Shown piece after piece: positions 1 to 9,401 of a stretch of 19,704 nucleotides of DNA. Positions within the stretch are counted from its first letter, which is position 1. Each line of letters opens with the position of its first letter. The notes under the pieces are model-generated. The model was not told where the DNA came from and did not search any database. It saw nothing but the letters and a program-made list of their open reading frames with translations. The position numbers and the translations under genes were made by a program. Origin of the DNA: an uncultured Chloroflexia bacterium (GTDB taxonomy: Bacteria; Chloroflexota; Limnocylindria; Limnocylindrales; CSP1-4); NCBI GenBank assembly GCA_963766735.1, contig CAVYBU010000031.1:1-19704 (forward strand). The letters are read 5' to 3'.

Positions 1-43
1 TGCTCCCGCCGGCGCTCCGCTCCACCAGTCCACCGCCCGCGGG

Positions 44-481
44 CTACAGGCGGGTCAGCTCGTCCGGCTCGTCGCCGGCCACCAGCCGCTCGCAGGTCGG
101 GCAGTGCCAGCGGGCCTCGAGCGGCGTGCCGCAGGCCTCGTGGCGGAGCGGCTCCCCGGTACCGCCGCGACGGGCGCCCCAGCCGGCCAGCAGCGCCAGC
201 GCCCCGCCGAGCTCCTTCCCGTCCGCGGTGAGGGCGTAGTCCATGCGCGGCGGACGGTGCGAGTAGGGCGTGGCCACCACGATCCCGGCGTGCTCGAGGC
301 GGCGAAGGCGGGCGGCCAGGATGTTGGGCGCGATGCCGCCGACGGACGCGGCCAATTCGCCGAACCGGTGCGGACCGGCGAGGAGTGACTCGACGAGCAG
401 CAGGCTCCAGCGGTCCCCCACGCGATCGAGGGCGGCGGCGAGGGCGCTCGGCGGGAGCGGCGGGACGGTCGGGTTGGTCAT
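44..481 (-). CDS. HxlR-family winged-helix transcriptional regulator with C-terminal HxxC..CxxC (Zn-ribbon-like) extension, 145 aa
   Basis: Motifs ALDRVGDRWSLLLV, GPHRFGEL, LAARLRRLEHAGIV and PPRMDYALTADGKEL are typical of HxlR. The C-terminus has RHEACG..WHCPTC. Start moved from the track's 1117 to ATG 481, which is preceded by a TACCAT -10-like box. Confidence 0.9.
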   Translation of the reverse strand: MTNPTVPPLPPSALAAALDRVGDRWSLLLVESLLAGPHRFGELAASVGGIAPNILAARLRRLEHAGIVVATPYSHRPPRMDYALTADGKELGGALALLAGWGARRGGTGEPLRHEACGTPLEARWHCPTCERLVAGDEPDELTRL

Positions 482-504
482 CGCGGCAATGGTAGGCGAG
501 GGGC

Positions 505-544
505 TTGCGCAACGTGTGGATCCACAGTAGATTGCAGATCGCAA
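505..544 (+). promoter_or_regulatory. Sigma70-type promoter for the protease gene (-35 TTGCGC 505-510, 17-bp spacer, -10 TAGATT 528-533) with overlapping palindromes
   Basis: AT-richer island in a divergent intergenic region with canonical spacing. Palindromes are TTGCGCAA (505-512), TGTGGATCCACA (515-526) and TTGC-N5-GCAA (532-544). Confidence 0.6.
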
Positions 545-617
545 GTAACAACTGACCCGTGCGACCGGACCGCGCCGCGTCCCGGAGCCGGGTCTCCATC
601 GAGGTCTGTTCGTCCCC

Positions 618-1514
618 ATGTCCGTGCTCAGCGAGCTCCAGGAAGCCGTCGCGGCGGTCGCCGTCGCCGTCGGCCCGTCCGTCGTCGGGATCGGTTCCCG
701 TCTCCGCGGCTCCGGCGTCGTCATCGCCGACGGCCGCATCCTCACCAACGCCCACAACCTCCACGGTGGAGAGGTCACCGTGCGGTTCGTCGATGGCCGC
801 GTGACGCGGGGCGCCGTCAAGGGCGTCGACTGGGACGGCGACCTGGCTGTCGTCGAGGCCGATACGACCGGCGTCCCGGCCATCGCATGGTCGGCTGGCT
901 CCACCACCATCGGGACCGCGGTCTTCGCTGCCGCCGCCACCCCGTCGGGCGGTGCGCGCGTGTCGTTCGGGTTCGTCTCGTCCATGGAGCGTGCGTTCCG
1001 CGGGCCCGGCGGCCGGCGCATCTCCGGCTCGCTCGAGCACACCGCGCCACTGGCGCCGGGTTCGTCGGGCAGCCCGCTCCTCGACGCCGACGGCGCCCTG
1101 GTGGGCCTCAACACCAACCGGGTGGGTGAGGGGTTCTACCTGGCGCTACCCGCGGACGCCTCGCTCCGGGCAAGGGTCGAGGCGCTGGGCAGCGGCGAGT
1201 CGCGCGAGCGGCCTCAGCTGGGGATCGCGGTGGCTCCGGCGCACGTCGCCCGGCATCTTCGCCGGTCCGTGGGCCTGCCCGAGCTGGACGGTGTGCTCGT
1301 CCGGGGTGTCGAGGACGGGTCGCCGGCCGAGGCCGCGGGCATCGCCGAGGGCGATCTCCTGGTCGGCGCCGCCGGCCACCCGATCTCGGACGTGGACACG
1401 CTCCACGAAGTCCTGCGCGACGCCGGCTTCCCGCTCGAGCTGACGCTCGTGCGTGGCGCGGAGGAGCGGGTCGTGACGGTGCAGGCTCCGGCGGAGGACG
1501 CGGCCGGAGAGTAG
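618..1514 (+). CDS. S1C (HtrA/DegP-like) trypsin-type serine protease with one PDZ domain, no signal peptide
   Basis: GSGVV, triad motifs TNAH, DGDLAV and PGSSGSPL, and LVGLNT. PDZ features RPQLGI..GVLVRGVEDGSPAEAAGI..GD. GAGG upstream at 601-604. Confidence 0.92.
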   Translation: MSVLSELQEAVAAVAVAVGPSVVGIGSRLRGSGVVIADGRILTNAHNLHGGEVTVRFVDGRVTRGAVKGVDWDGDLAVVEADTTGVPAIAWSAGSTTIGTAVFAAAATPSGGARVSFGFVSSMERAFRGPGGRRISGSLEHTAPLAPGSSGSPLLDADGALVGLNTNRVGEGFYLALPADASLRARVEALGSGESRERPQLGIAVAPAHVARHLRRSVGLPELDGVLVRGVEDGSPAEAAGIAEGDLLVGAAGHPISDVDTLHEVLRDAGFPLELTLVRGAEERVVTVQAPAEDAAGE

Positions 1515-1546
1515 ACGCCAGCCCGGCGCCTCGAGGCCGGGGTGCG

Positions 1547-1810
1547 TCAGGCCTCGGCTTCGGCCTCCATCACCGCGAGGCGCGTGTAGTAGTCCGGCAG
1601 CTCGGTCAGGTGGGCGAGCGCGATCTTCCCGGTGAGGTACGGATCGTCGCCGGTCACGTTGGTCGCCGGGTCGCGCCGGCCATGCTCGAGCTCCACGTCG
1701 AGGCCCGAGCGGAACTCCTCGAGCCCGAACGGGCTGGTGGTGAAGTCGATGCCGAGGTGATCGGCGATCTCCTGCGCTTCGGCCGCGCTGAACCCGCTCC
1801 TGGCGGTCAT
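1547..1810 (-). CDS. DUF5661-like small protein, 87 aa
   Basis: Conserved pattern EEFRSGLDVELEHG..TNVTGDD..TGKIALAHLTELPDYYTRL, recalled as DUF5661. GGAGGT RBS before ATG 1810. Confidence 0.8.
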   Translation of the reverse strand: MTARSGFSAAEAQEIADHLGIDFTTSPFGLEEFRSGLDVELEHGRRDPATNVTGDDPYLTGKIALAHLTELPDYYTRLAVMEAEAEA

Positions 1811-1979
1811 GGACACCTCCTGTGGATGGGCCACCAGCGTTGGCTCGCTCGCGTGCGGTTCGCAAGGGGCAAGCGGATCATCGTTGGCACGCTCGAGGCG
1901 GCTCGACCCTTCTCGACCGGGACCGGCGCGCCGCGGGACGGGTCGCGCCGCACGCTCGCGGCGAGTACGCTCCGGGTAA

Positions 1980-3506
<1,527 letters not shown>

Positions 3507-3557
3507 CCGCCGCCGGGGGCGGCTCGGTGGCCATAGGAGCCTGCTAGCATCGCCGCG

Positions 3558-5171
3558 ATGCGCCGCCCCCCACTCCCGTCATTCATCGGCGATCTCGTCG
3601 CGGATCGCCGCGCGTTCGGCGCCCTCCTTGCGGGCATGGTGGCCCTGTTCGCGGCCGGCATGGATCCCAAGGTCATGGCGCCCATGGCCACGTCCACGCA
3701 GGCGGCGATCCGCGCCCGGCCGGAGATCGAGGGGCTGATCCTCCTGGTCTCCGTGCTGACTGCCGTGCTGCTGCTGGCCGGCGGGGCGGTCGGCGATACG
3801 AGGCGTGCACGGCCGATCCTCGTCGGAGGCCTGTCGGTCTCGCTCGTGTGCGCGATGGCCGTACTCCTGGTGGTGCCACCCGGTGGGGTCCTGTTCACGA
3901 TCGTGCGGTTCATCGGCGTCGCCTCCGCGGCCATGGTGATGCCGGTTGCCCTCGCGATCGCCGCCACCGCGTACACGGGCATCCCAAGGGCCACGGCCAT
4001 CGGCATCGCGTATGCGGCCTACGGCGCCGGCCAGGGGGTCTCGCCGATGCTGGTCGCGCTGGTCCCCGGCACGTATGCGCCCGCATTCATCGCCTCGATC
4101 GCGGCCTCGGCACTCGCTCTCGTGGTGGTTCGTGGCCGTGTCCCGGACCTCCCTCGGCCGACGCGAGCCGAGAAGCCGGTCGTGTACGGGACCGCGCTGT
4201 GGGCCTCCGGGGTGGTGCTCATCTCGGCCGGGGTCCTGTGGCTGGGAGCCGGCTGGGACGAACCGCTGCGGATCGCACTCGTCCTCGGCGGCATCCTGCT
4301 GGTCGCCCTCTTCTTCCTCTGGGAGCGCCGCCGGCGGGCAGAGAACGCCGAGCCCGTCCGCGTCAACCGCCGCCCGGTGACGATCGCGCTGTTCGTGGGC
4401 CTGGTCATCGCGCTCGCGCAGATCATCCCGATGTCACAACTCCCGCTCTACTTCGGCGTGGGCATGCAGTACGGCCCGATCTTCGGCATCGTTGCCCTCG
4501 CGCCCCTGTTCGCCGCCCTGGTCGCCGCGGGCCCGATTGCCGGCTTCCTTCTCGCGCGCTACCAGCCAAGACACCTCATCGCAGGCGGGGTCCTGGCCAT
4601 CGGCCTCGGCGACATCCTGGTGGCCGCGGTCATCGGACCGACGACGACATACCTCGCGTTCATCATCCCGCTGGCGCTCGTCGGCGGAGGGTTCGTCGTG
4701 GCCACAACGGTCCGGACGGCGATCATCTTCTCCAGCGTTCCCCGGGGCCTGCCGGCGACCGCGGCGGCGCTCAACGAGGCCTCGGTCGAGGTCGGCACGC
4801 GAGCCGGCATCGTCATCGCCACCAGCCTCCTGGCCGAGGTCGCGATCAGGGCGTACTCGACCTCCCTCGCGGGCCAGCCCCAGGTCGAGGTTGACGGGCT
4901 CGTCGCGACGTTCCGGGACGTGCTGATCGTGCTGGGCACGCCCGACTTCAAGACCGTGGTCGACGCCCTACCACGGACTGACCTGGTGGAGGCCTACAAG
5001 GCCGCGTACTTCACCGGGGTCCAGGTCACCATGCTGGTCGGCGGGGCGGTGGGCGTCGTCGGTGCCGTGATCGCCTGGATCACGCTGGGGCGGCACAACC
5101 CGCTCCGGACGGTGTACGAGCACCGCGACGAGCGGGCAGCAACCGACGAGCGGGCGGCCGCGACGGGCTGA
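3558..5171 (+). CDS. Major facilitator superfamily transporter (DHA2-like, about 13-14 TM segments)
   Basis: Many hydrophobic helices and MFS motif-A-like GAVGDTRRARP and GFLLARYQPRH. A large loop lies before the last helix. TGcTAGCAT extended -10 sits 7 nt before the ATG. Confidence 0.85.
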   Translation: MRRPPLPSFIGDLVADRRAFGALLAGMVALFAAGMDPKVMAPMATSTQAAIRARPEIEGLILLVSVLTAVLLLAGGAVGDTRRARPILVGGLSVSLVCAMAVLLVVPPGGVLFTIVRFIGVASAAMVMPVALAIAATAYTGIPRATAIGIAYAAYGAGQGVSPMLVALVPGTYAPAFIASIAASALALVVVRGRVPDLPRPTRAEKPVVYGTALWASGVVLISAGVLWLGAGWDEPLRIALVLGGILLVALFFLWERRRRAENAEPVRVNRRPVTIALFVGLVIALAQIIPMSQLPLYFGVGMQYGPIFGIVALAPLFAALVAAGPIAGFLLARYQPRHLIAGGVLAIGLGDILVAAVIGPTTTYLAFIIPLALVGGGFVVATTVRTAIIFSSVPRGLPATAAALNEASVEVGTRAGIVIATSLLAEVAIRAYSTSLAGQPQVEVDGLVATFRDVLIVLGTPDFKTVVDALPRTDLVEAYKAAYFTGVQVTMLVGGAVGVVGAVIAWITLGRHNPLRTVYEHRDERAATDERAAATG

Positions 5172-5179
5172 AGCCGGCG

Positions 5180-5208
5180 CTGACCCGCGCCGAGCCTGAC
5201 CCGCGCCG
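5180..5208. repeat. 13-bp direct repeat CTGACCCGCGCCG x2 (period 16) at a convergent gene junction
   Basis: Copies at 5180-5192 and 5196-5208. Confidence 0.7.
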
Positions 5209-5229
5209 GGGCGTTCGCCCCCCCGAGAG

Positions 5230-6699
5230 CTACGCCCCCGCGATCTCCGCCGGCACCCCCGGCAGCCCGGCGAGGCCGAACGGCTCGCCCGCCTCGCGGA
5301 TGCGCGCCACCATCGACGCAGCCACCACCGGGTCGATCGCCGGCAGCTGATGGTTCGCGACGATCTCGTCGACCCGCTCCCGGGCCCGGCCGAAGGCATC
5401 CAGCCCGCCGGCGTCCAGCCAGGCACGGCGCGAGTTCCGGTCGATGATCCTCGTGGGCAGGAACTGCTCCGAGCGGAACAGCTTCCGCGTCTCCTGCAGC
5501 TCCAGGAACCGGCCCTCGGGTCCGGCCGCCTCGAAGGATCCGATCGCCAGCGTCTCCGTCGGCGTGCCGATCCCGCGCAGCAGCCGCTGGACCATGCCGA
5601 TGGCCTCGGCGTCGATGACCAGCTTCTCCGGGCTCTGGGCCAGGAGGAAATCCACCATGCCCGGGCCGCTGATCATGTCGATGCCGGCCAGCCCGCCGAT
5701 CAGGGCCGTCATCCCGGTCTCCAGGCCCGCCTGCGCGTCGACCACCTTGGAGTCGGTGGCGCCCAGGTAGGCGTGGACCGGCAGGCCCAGGGACTTGCCG
5801 ACGGCCGCGTAGCCGGCGTCGATCATCGCCGTCTCGATGGCGCCCATCGGCGTCGAGCCCGTCCGCATGTCCACTATGGTCGGCGCGCCACCCCAGACGA
5901 TGGGCGACCCTGCCTCGGCCAGCTGGTGCAGGACGATGCCGGCCAGGGTCTCGGCGGCGTGCTGGACGATCGACCCGATCAGCGTGACCGGCGAGGCCAC
6001 CCCGGCCAGGGGCATCGAGATGAGCTCGGCCGGGACGTGAGCCCGGGCCAGGTCCATCACGTTCCGGCACGCGAACTCGGACCAGGTGAGGGGCGGGGAT
6101 GGGCAGACGTCGAAGACGGCCCGCGGCTTCTCGGCCAGGGCAGCGTGTCCGCCGGCGTCCAGCGCGAGGATCTCCATCATCACCGCCGACCCGTGCGGCG
6201 TGAACGCGCCGGTGACGACCGGCTTGTCCGAGTGGAGCATGACAAGGAACAGGCGGTACAGGTCGCCGATTTCCGTTGGGACATCGTGGGCGACCATCGA
6301 GGTGGAGACCGCGTCGTAGGCCGCCAGCGAATTGGCGACGCGCGTGAGCCTGACGAGGTCCGCGGCCTGGGACTGGCGGGTGTCCATCGTGGCGGGGTCC
6401 AGCACGGCGACGCCGGACGAGCCCGGATCGAAGTTGACGACGCCCTGCCCGTAGCGGGCGGCGACCTCGCCCGTGCGGCTGTAGAGGTTGAACGAGCGGG
6501 GGACGGTGTCCAGCGCCCGCCGGACCATGGCCTCCGGGATGCGGACCCGGTCGCCCTCCGCCGTGCCGCCACCGGCCACGAGGACGCGGATCGCCTCGGG
6601 CTCCTCGACCTTCACGCCGGGACGGTCAAGGAGGACAAGGGCCTCACCGACGACCCGCTCGATCAGGGCGGGGTCGAGGAGCTCGAAACGGGGTCGCAT
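5230..6699 (-). CDS. Non-pyrrolysine trimethylamine methyltransferase (MttB) superfamily protein, copy A, 489 aa
   Basis: GVKVE..AIRVL, SPPLTW, PLAGVASPVTLIGSIVQHAAETLAG, PIVWGG, DMRTG, TDSKVVDAQAGLE, SPEKLVIDAE, GPEGRFL. There is no in-frame TAG, and Ala occupies the approximate Pyl-equivalent position. GGAGG RBS. Confidence 0.92.
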   Translation of the reverse strand: MRPRFELLDPALIERVVGEALVLLDRPGVKVEEPEAIRVLVAGGGTAEGDRVRIPEAMVRRALDTVPRSFNLYSRTGEVAARYGQGVVNFDPGSSGVAVLDPATMDTRQSQAADLVRLTRVANSLAAYDAVSTSMVAHDVPTEIGDLYRLFLVMLHSDKPVVTGAFTPHGSAVMMEILALDAGGHAALAEKPRAVFDVCPSPPLTWSEFACRNVMDLARAHVPAELISMPLAGVASPVTLIGSIVQHAAETLAGIVLHQLAEAGSPIVWGGAPTIVDMRTGSTPMGAIETAMIDAGYAAVGKSLGLPVHAYLGATDSKVVDAQAGLETGMTALIGGLAGIDMISGPGMVDFLLAQSPEKLVIDAEAIGMVQRLLRGIGTPTETLAIGSFEAAGPEGRFLELQETRKLFRSEQFLPTRIIDRNSRRAWLDAGGLDAFGRARERVDEIVANHQLPAIDPVVAASMVARIREAGEPFGLAGLPGVPAEIAGA

Positions 6700-6759
6700 C
6701 GGGGTGTGCCTCCGGAAGGGTGCCTAGGGCAGGGCGGGACGGACGGTAGGGGAAGGCGG

Positions 6760-8248
6760 TCAGGGCCGCGCGTCGGCCGAGAGGAACGTCGCCGGATCGG
6801 CGGCATGGGCGGTGATGAGCCGGTCCAGCTCGGCGTCGAGCGCCGGCTCCAGCGGCTCGGGCTGGTGGTCTCGCAGGAGGGTCCGGGCGCGCTCGAGCGC
6901 CTCGCGGTGTGGCTTCTCCGGGTCCGCGACCCACTGGCCGTACGGCCGCCGGTCCAGGTACTTCGACTGCCACAGGCCACGCATGTGGGTGCGGGTGTGC
7001 GGGAGCGTCAGGTACTCGCCGCCGGGGCCGACCTCCGCGATCGCCTCCAGCGCCAGTGACACGTCATCGGTCGGGATGCCGCGCAGCATCGCTTTCACGA
7101 TCCCGTCGATCTCGGTGTCCAGGATCATCTGCTCGTAGGACCAGATGCGGCTCCCGTGGAGCAGCCCGGCGCCCAGCAGCATGTCGGACCCGGTGGCGGA
7201 AGCCATGAATGACGACAGCCCGTTCTCGAGGCCCGCCTGCCAGTCGGAGCTCTTGGCCCCGGTGGCGTACGCGCCCATCGACAGCGGGACGTCGTAGAAG
7301 TCGGACAGCTCATTGGTGGCCGCACCGAACAGGAAGTCCTCCGGACCGCCGCCGGTGTAGGCGCCGGAGCGCAGGTCCATCGCGGTCTGGGCGGCCGCGT
7401 AGTAGACAGGGCAGCCGGGGTAGGCGAGCTGCATGAGGGCCAGCGCGGAGATGACCTCGGCGTTGCCGACCACCAGCGATCCAGCGATCGTGGCGGGTCC
7501 GCTGAAGGCACACGACGCCATCGTCATGTACCCGACCGGGATCCCGGCCTCGGCGGCGACGAGCCCTGCGTCGATCGAGCCGCCGTCATGGGCGAGCGGG
7601 CTGATCGTGCACTGCATCATCGAGAACACCGGCCGTGCGCGGAGGGCGTCCCGCCCGCCGGCGATCGCCGCAGACATCTCGATCGACGGTCGCCGCGTCC
7701 TCGCCCGTCACCACGCTCTCGCTCTGGGCGTGCTTGGTCGAGTTCCGCCAGACTGCCGCGATCTCCTCGAGGGGTCGCGTCACGGGCGGGCGGTCCTGTG
7801 CGGAGACGGCCACCCAGTGGAACGCGATCTGGTCGAGGGCGTCAGCGACACGGGCGATGTCCGCGACGTCCGCGAGAGTGGACCGGCGCACGTCCAGCGT
7901 CCACGGATCCAGCACCTCGATCCCGCAGCCGTCCGTGGCCAGGTGGACGTGGCGCCCGTCGAGCGGCAGGTCCTGCACGGGGTTCCGGGCAGCCAGGACG
8001 TACGAGGGCGGGGCAGTCTTGAGCGCCGCCTCGATGATGTGCCCGGGGACGCGGACGATCCCGCTCTCCCGATCGACCGTCGCCCCATTGGCGGCCCAGA
8101 TCGCCTGGGCGCGCGCCGATGGGAACCGTACGCCGACGCGCTCGATGACATCCAGGGTTGCCGTGTGGATCCGACGGATCGCGGCCGGCGAGAGGACCTC
8201 CAGGCGCGGGCGGGCTTCTCCGTCCGTCGCTGTCGGTGACGTGGTCAT
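6760..8248 (-). pseudogene. MttB-superfamily methyltransferase, copy B, interrupted by a net +1 frameshift at about 7679-7686 (pseudogene or sequencing error)
   Basis: The N-half (IHTATLDVIERVGVRF, LAARNP, NSTKH) is in ORF 7586-8248. The C-half (ISPL, PATIAGSLVVGNAEVIS, DLRSG, DWQAGLE, VGPGGEYL) is in ORF 6760-7677. The span of 1489 nt is 3n+1, and removing one base gives a 495-aa protein reading DAATV-IEMSAAIAGG. GGAGG RBS. Confidence 0.88.
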
Positions 8249-8286
8249 GCATGCCTCCGGCCGGGCGTCGCGCCCGGCATCTACCG

Positions 8287-8362
8287 GGCCGGTCCCCGGT
8301 GGGTCCGGCCGTGCTATTCCGCGCGGACACGTGGCCCCGGCCTCCCGGCGCGGGCCCGTGTC
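8287..8362. other. Two GC-rich stem-loops between the corrinoid gene and MttB copy B
   Basis: GGCCGG..CCGGCC (8287-8310) and GACACG-TGGCCC..GGGCC-CGTGTC (8326-8362). No U-tract follows. Confidence 0.4.
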
Positions 8363-8378
8363 GCGGGTGTGTCTCAGG

Positions 8379-9041
8379 TCAGGCGGTTGCGGCCTCGGCC
8401 CCGAGCAGCTTGCGCGCCAGCGCGACCGCGCCGATCGCGTCCTCGCTGTACCCGTCGGCGCCGATCTCGGACGCCCAGCTCGCGCTGGCCGGTGCGCCGC
8501 CGACGATGACCTTCACCTTCGGACGCATCCCCGCGGCCTCGAGGGCCTCGACGACGGTCCGCTGTCCGGCCATGGTCGTGGTCAGCAGCGCGGAGACGCC
8601 GATGAGGTCCGCGTTGTGCTCGCGGGCGGCATCGATGAACGATTCCGGGGCCACGTCGACGCCGAGGTCGTGAACCTCGAAACCGGAGGTGGAGAGCATC
8701 ATCCCCACGAGGTTCTTGCCGATCTCGTGAATGTCGCCCTTGACCGTGCCGATGACCACCCGGCCGACGACGCTGCGGCTGGTGTTCTGGCGCGCCATCT
8801 CGGGCTCCAGGAGGTCGATGGCCTTCTGCATGGCGCGGGCGGCCAGCATCATGTCCGGCAGGTACAGCTCGCCGAGGCCGAACTGCTCGCCGACGTACGA
8901 CAGCCCGGGCACGAAGCCCCGTTCGATCGCGTCCAGGGGCGGGACCCCGTCCGCGAGCGCCGACTCTGCGAGGGCCGCGGCCGCGGCAGCGTCGCCGTCG
9001 ATGACTGACTGGCGCATCGCCGCGAAGATCTCGTCGCCCAT
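8379..9041 (-). CDS. Methyltransferase cognate corrinoid protein (MttC/MtbC/MtgC-like), 220 aa
   Basis: B12 cap domain (GLSYVGEQFGLGELYLPDMMLAARAM), base-off/His-on motif GTVKGDIHEIGKNLV, DLGVDV, SALLTTTM, VIVGGAP. GGAGGAG RBS. Confidence 0.95.
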   Translation of the reverse strand: MGDEIFAAMRQSVIDGDAAAAAALAESALADGVPPLDAIERGFVPGLSYVGEQFGLGELYLPDMMLAARAMQKAIDLLEPEMARQNTSRSVVGRVVIGTVKGDIHEIGKNLVGMMLSTSGFEVHDLGVDVAPESFIDAAREHNADLIGVSALLTTTMAGQRTVVEALEAAGMRPKVKVIVGGAPASASWASEIGADGYSEDAIGAVALARKLLGAEAATA

Positions 9042-9085
9042 GTGTGTGCTCCTCCGATCAGACCTGGTGCGCGTCGGCGCTGGAA

Positions 9086-9096
9086 GTGATTATCAC
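9086..9096 (-). promoter_or_regulatory. Candidate -10 box (GATAAT) of the corrinoid/mttB operon embedded in palindrome GTGAT-N-ATCAC
   Basis: AT-rich dyad about 45 nt upstream of the corrinoid gene ATG. Confidence 0.4.
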
Positions 9097-9401
9097 GGTT
9101 GCGGCGCGGTCATGGTCCGCGGGCGCGCCACCAGGGCTTGCCGTGCGGGGTGGACCAGACGATCGACATACGATGGATACCACCGGTCGCCGCAGTGGTC
9201 GATGGTGTGATCCGCCTCGAGGAACGATCCGTTGCATCGAGACCCGTTTCGGGGCGTAACGAACCACGGACGCCGGTCCCGCGGCGGGGTGAACTCCAGC
9301 CTCATGCCCCTGGCAGGGGCCGCGATAGGGCGTAATGTCCCCAGGGAACGGGCCGATGGACCATCCGGGCCATCCCCCGCGTCCGATGAGACTCACCCTT
9401 G

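Noticed and set aside
482-1117. N-terminal 212 aa of the 357-aa ORF 44..1117
   Set aside because: Antisense shadow of the protease gene. HxlR similarity begins at ATG 481.
7670-7700. Programmed ribosomal frameshift
   Set aside because: No slippery heptamer, homopolymer run or shift-prone stop context.
5230-8248. Pyrrolysine-containing trimethylamine methyltransferase
   Set aside because: No in-frame TAG in either copy. The break in copy B is a frameshift, not an amber codon, and no pyl genes are in the window.
9042-9401. Cobalamin, THF or SAH riboswitch, and small ORFs 9093..9305- and 9099..9335+
   Set aside because: No B12 box or other consensus recognisable by eye. The ORFs lack a convincing SD or recognisable motifs, and the plus-strand one uses rare ATA/CGA codons.
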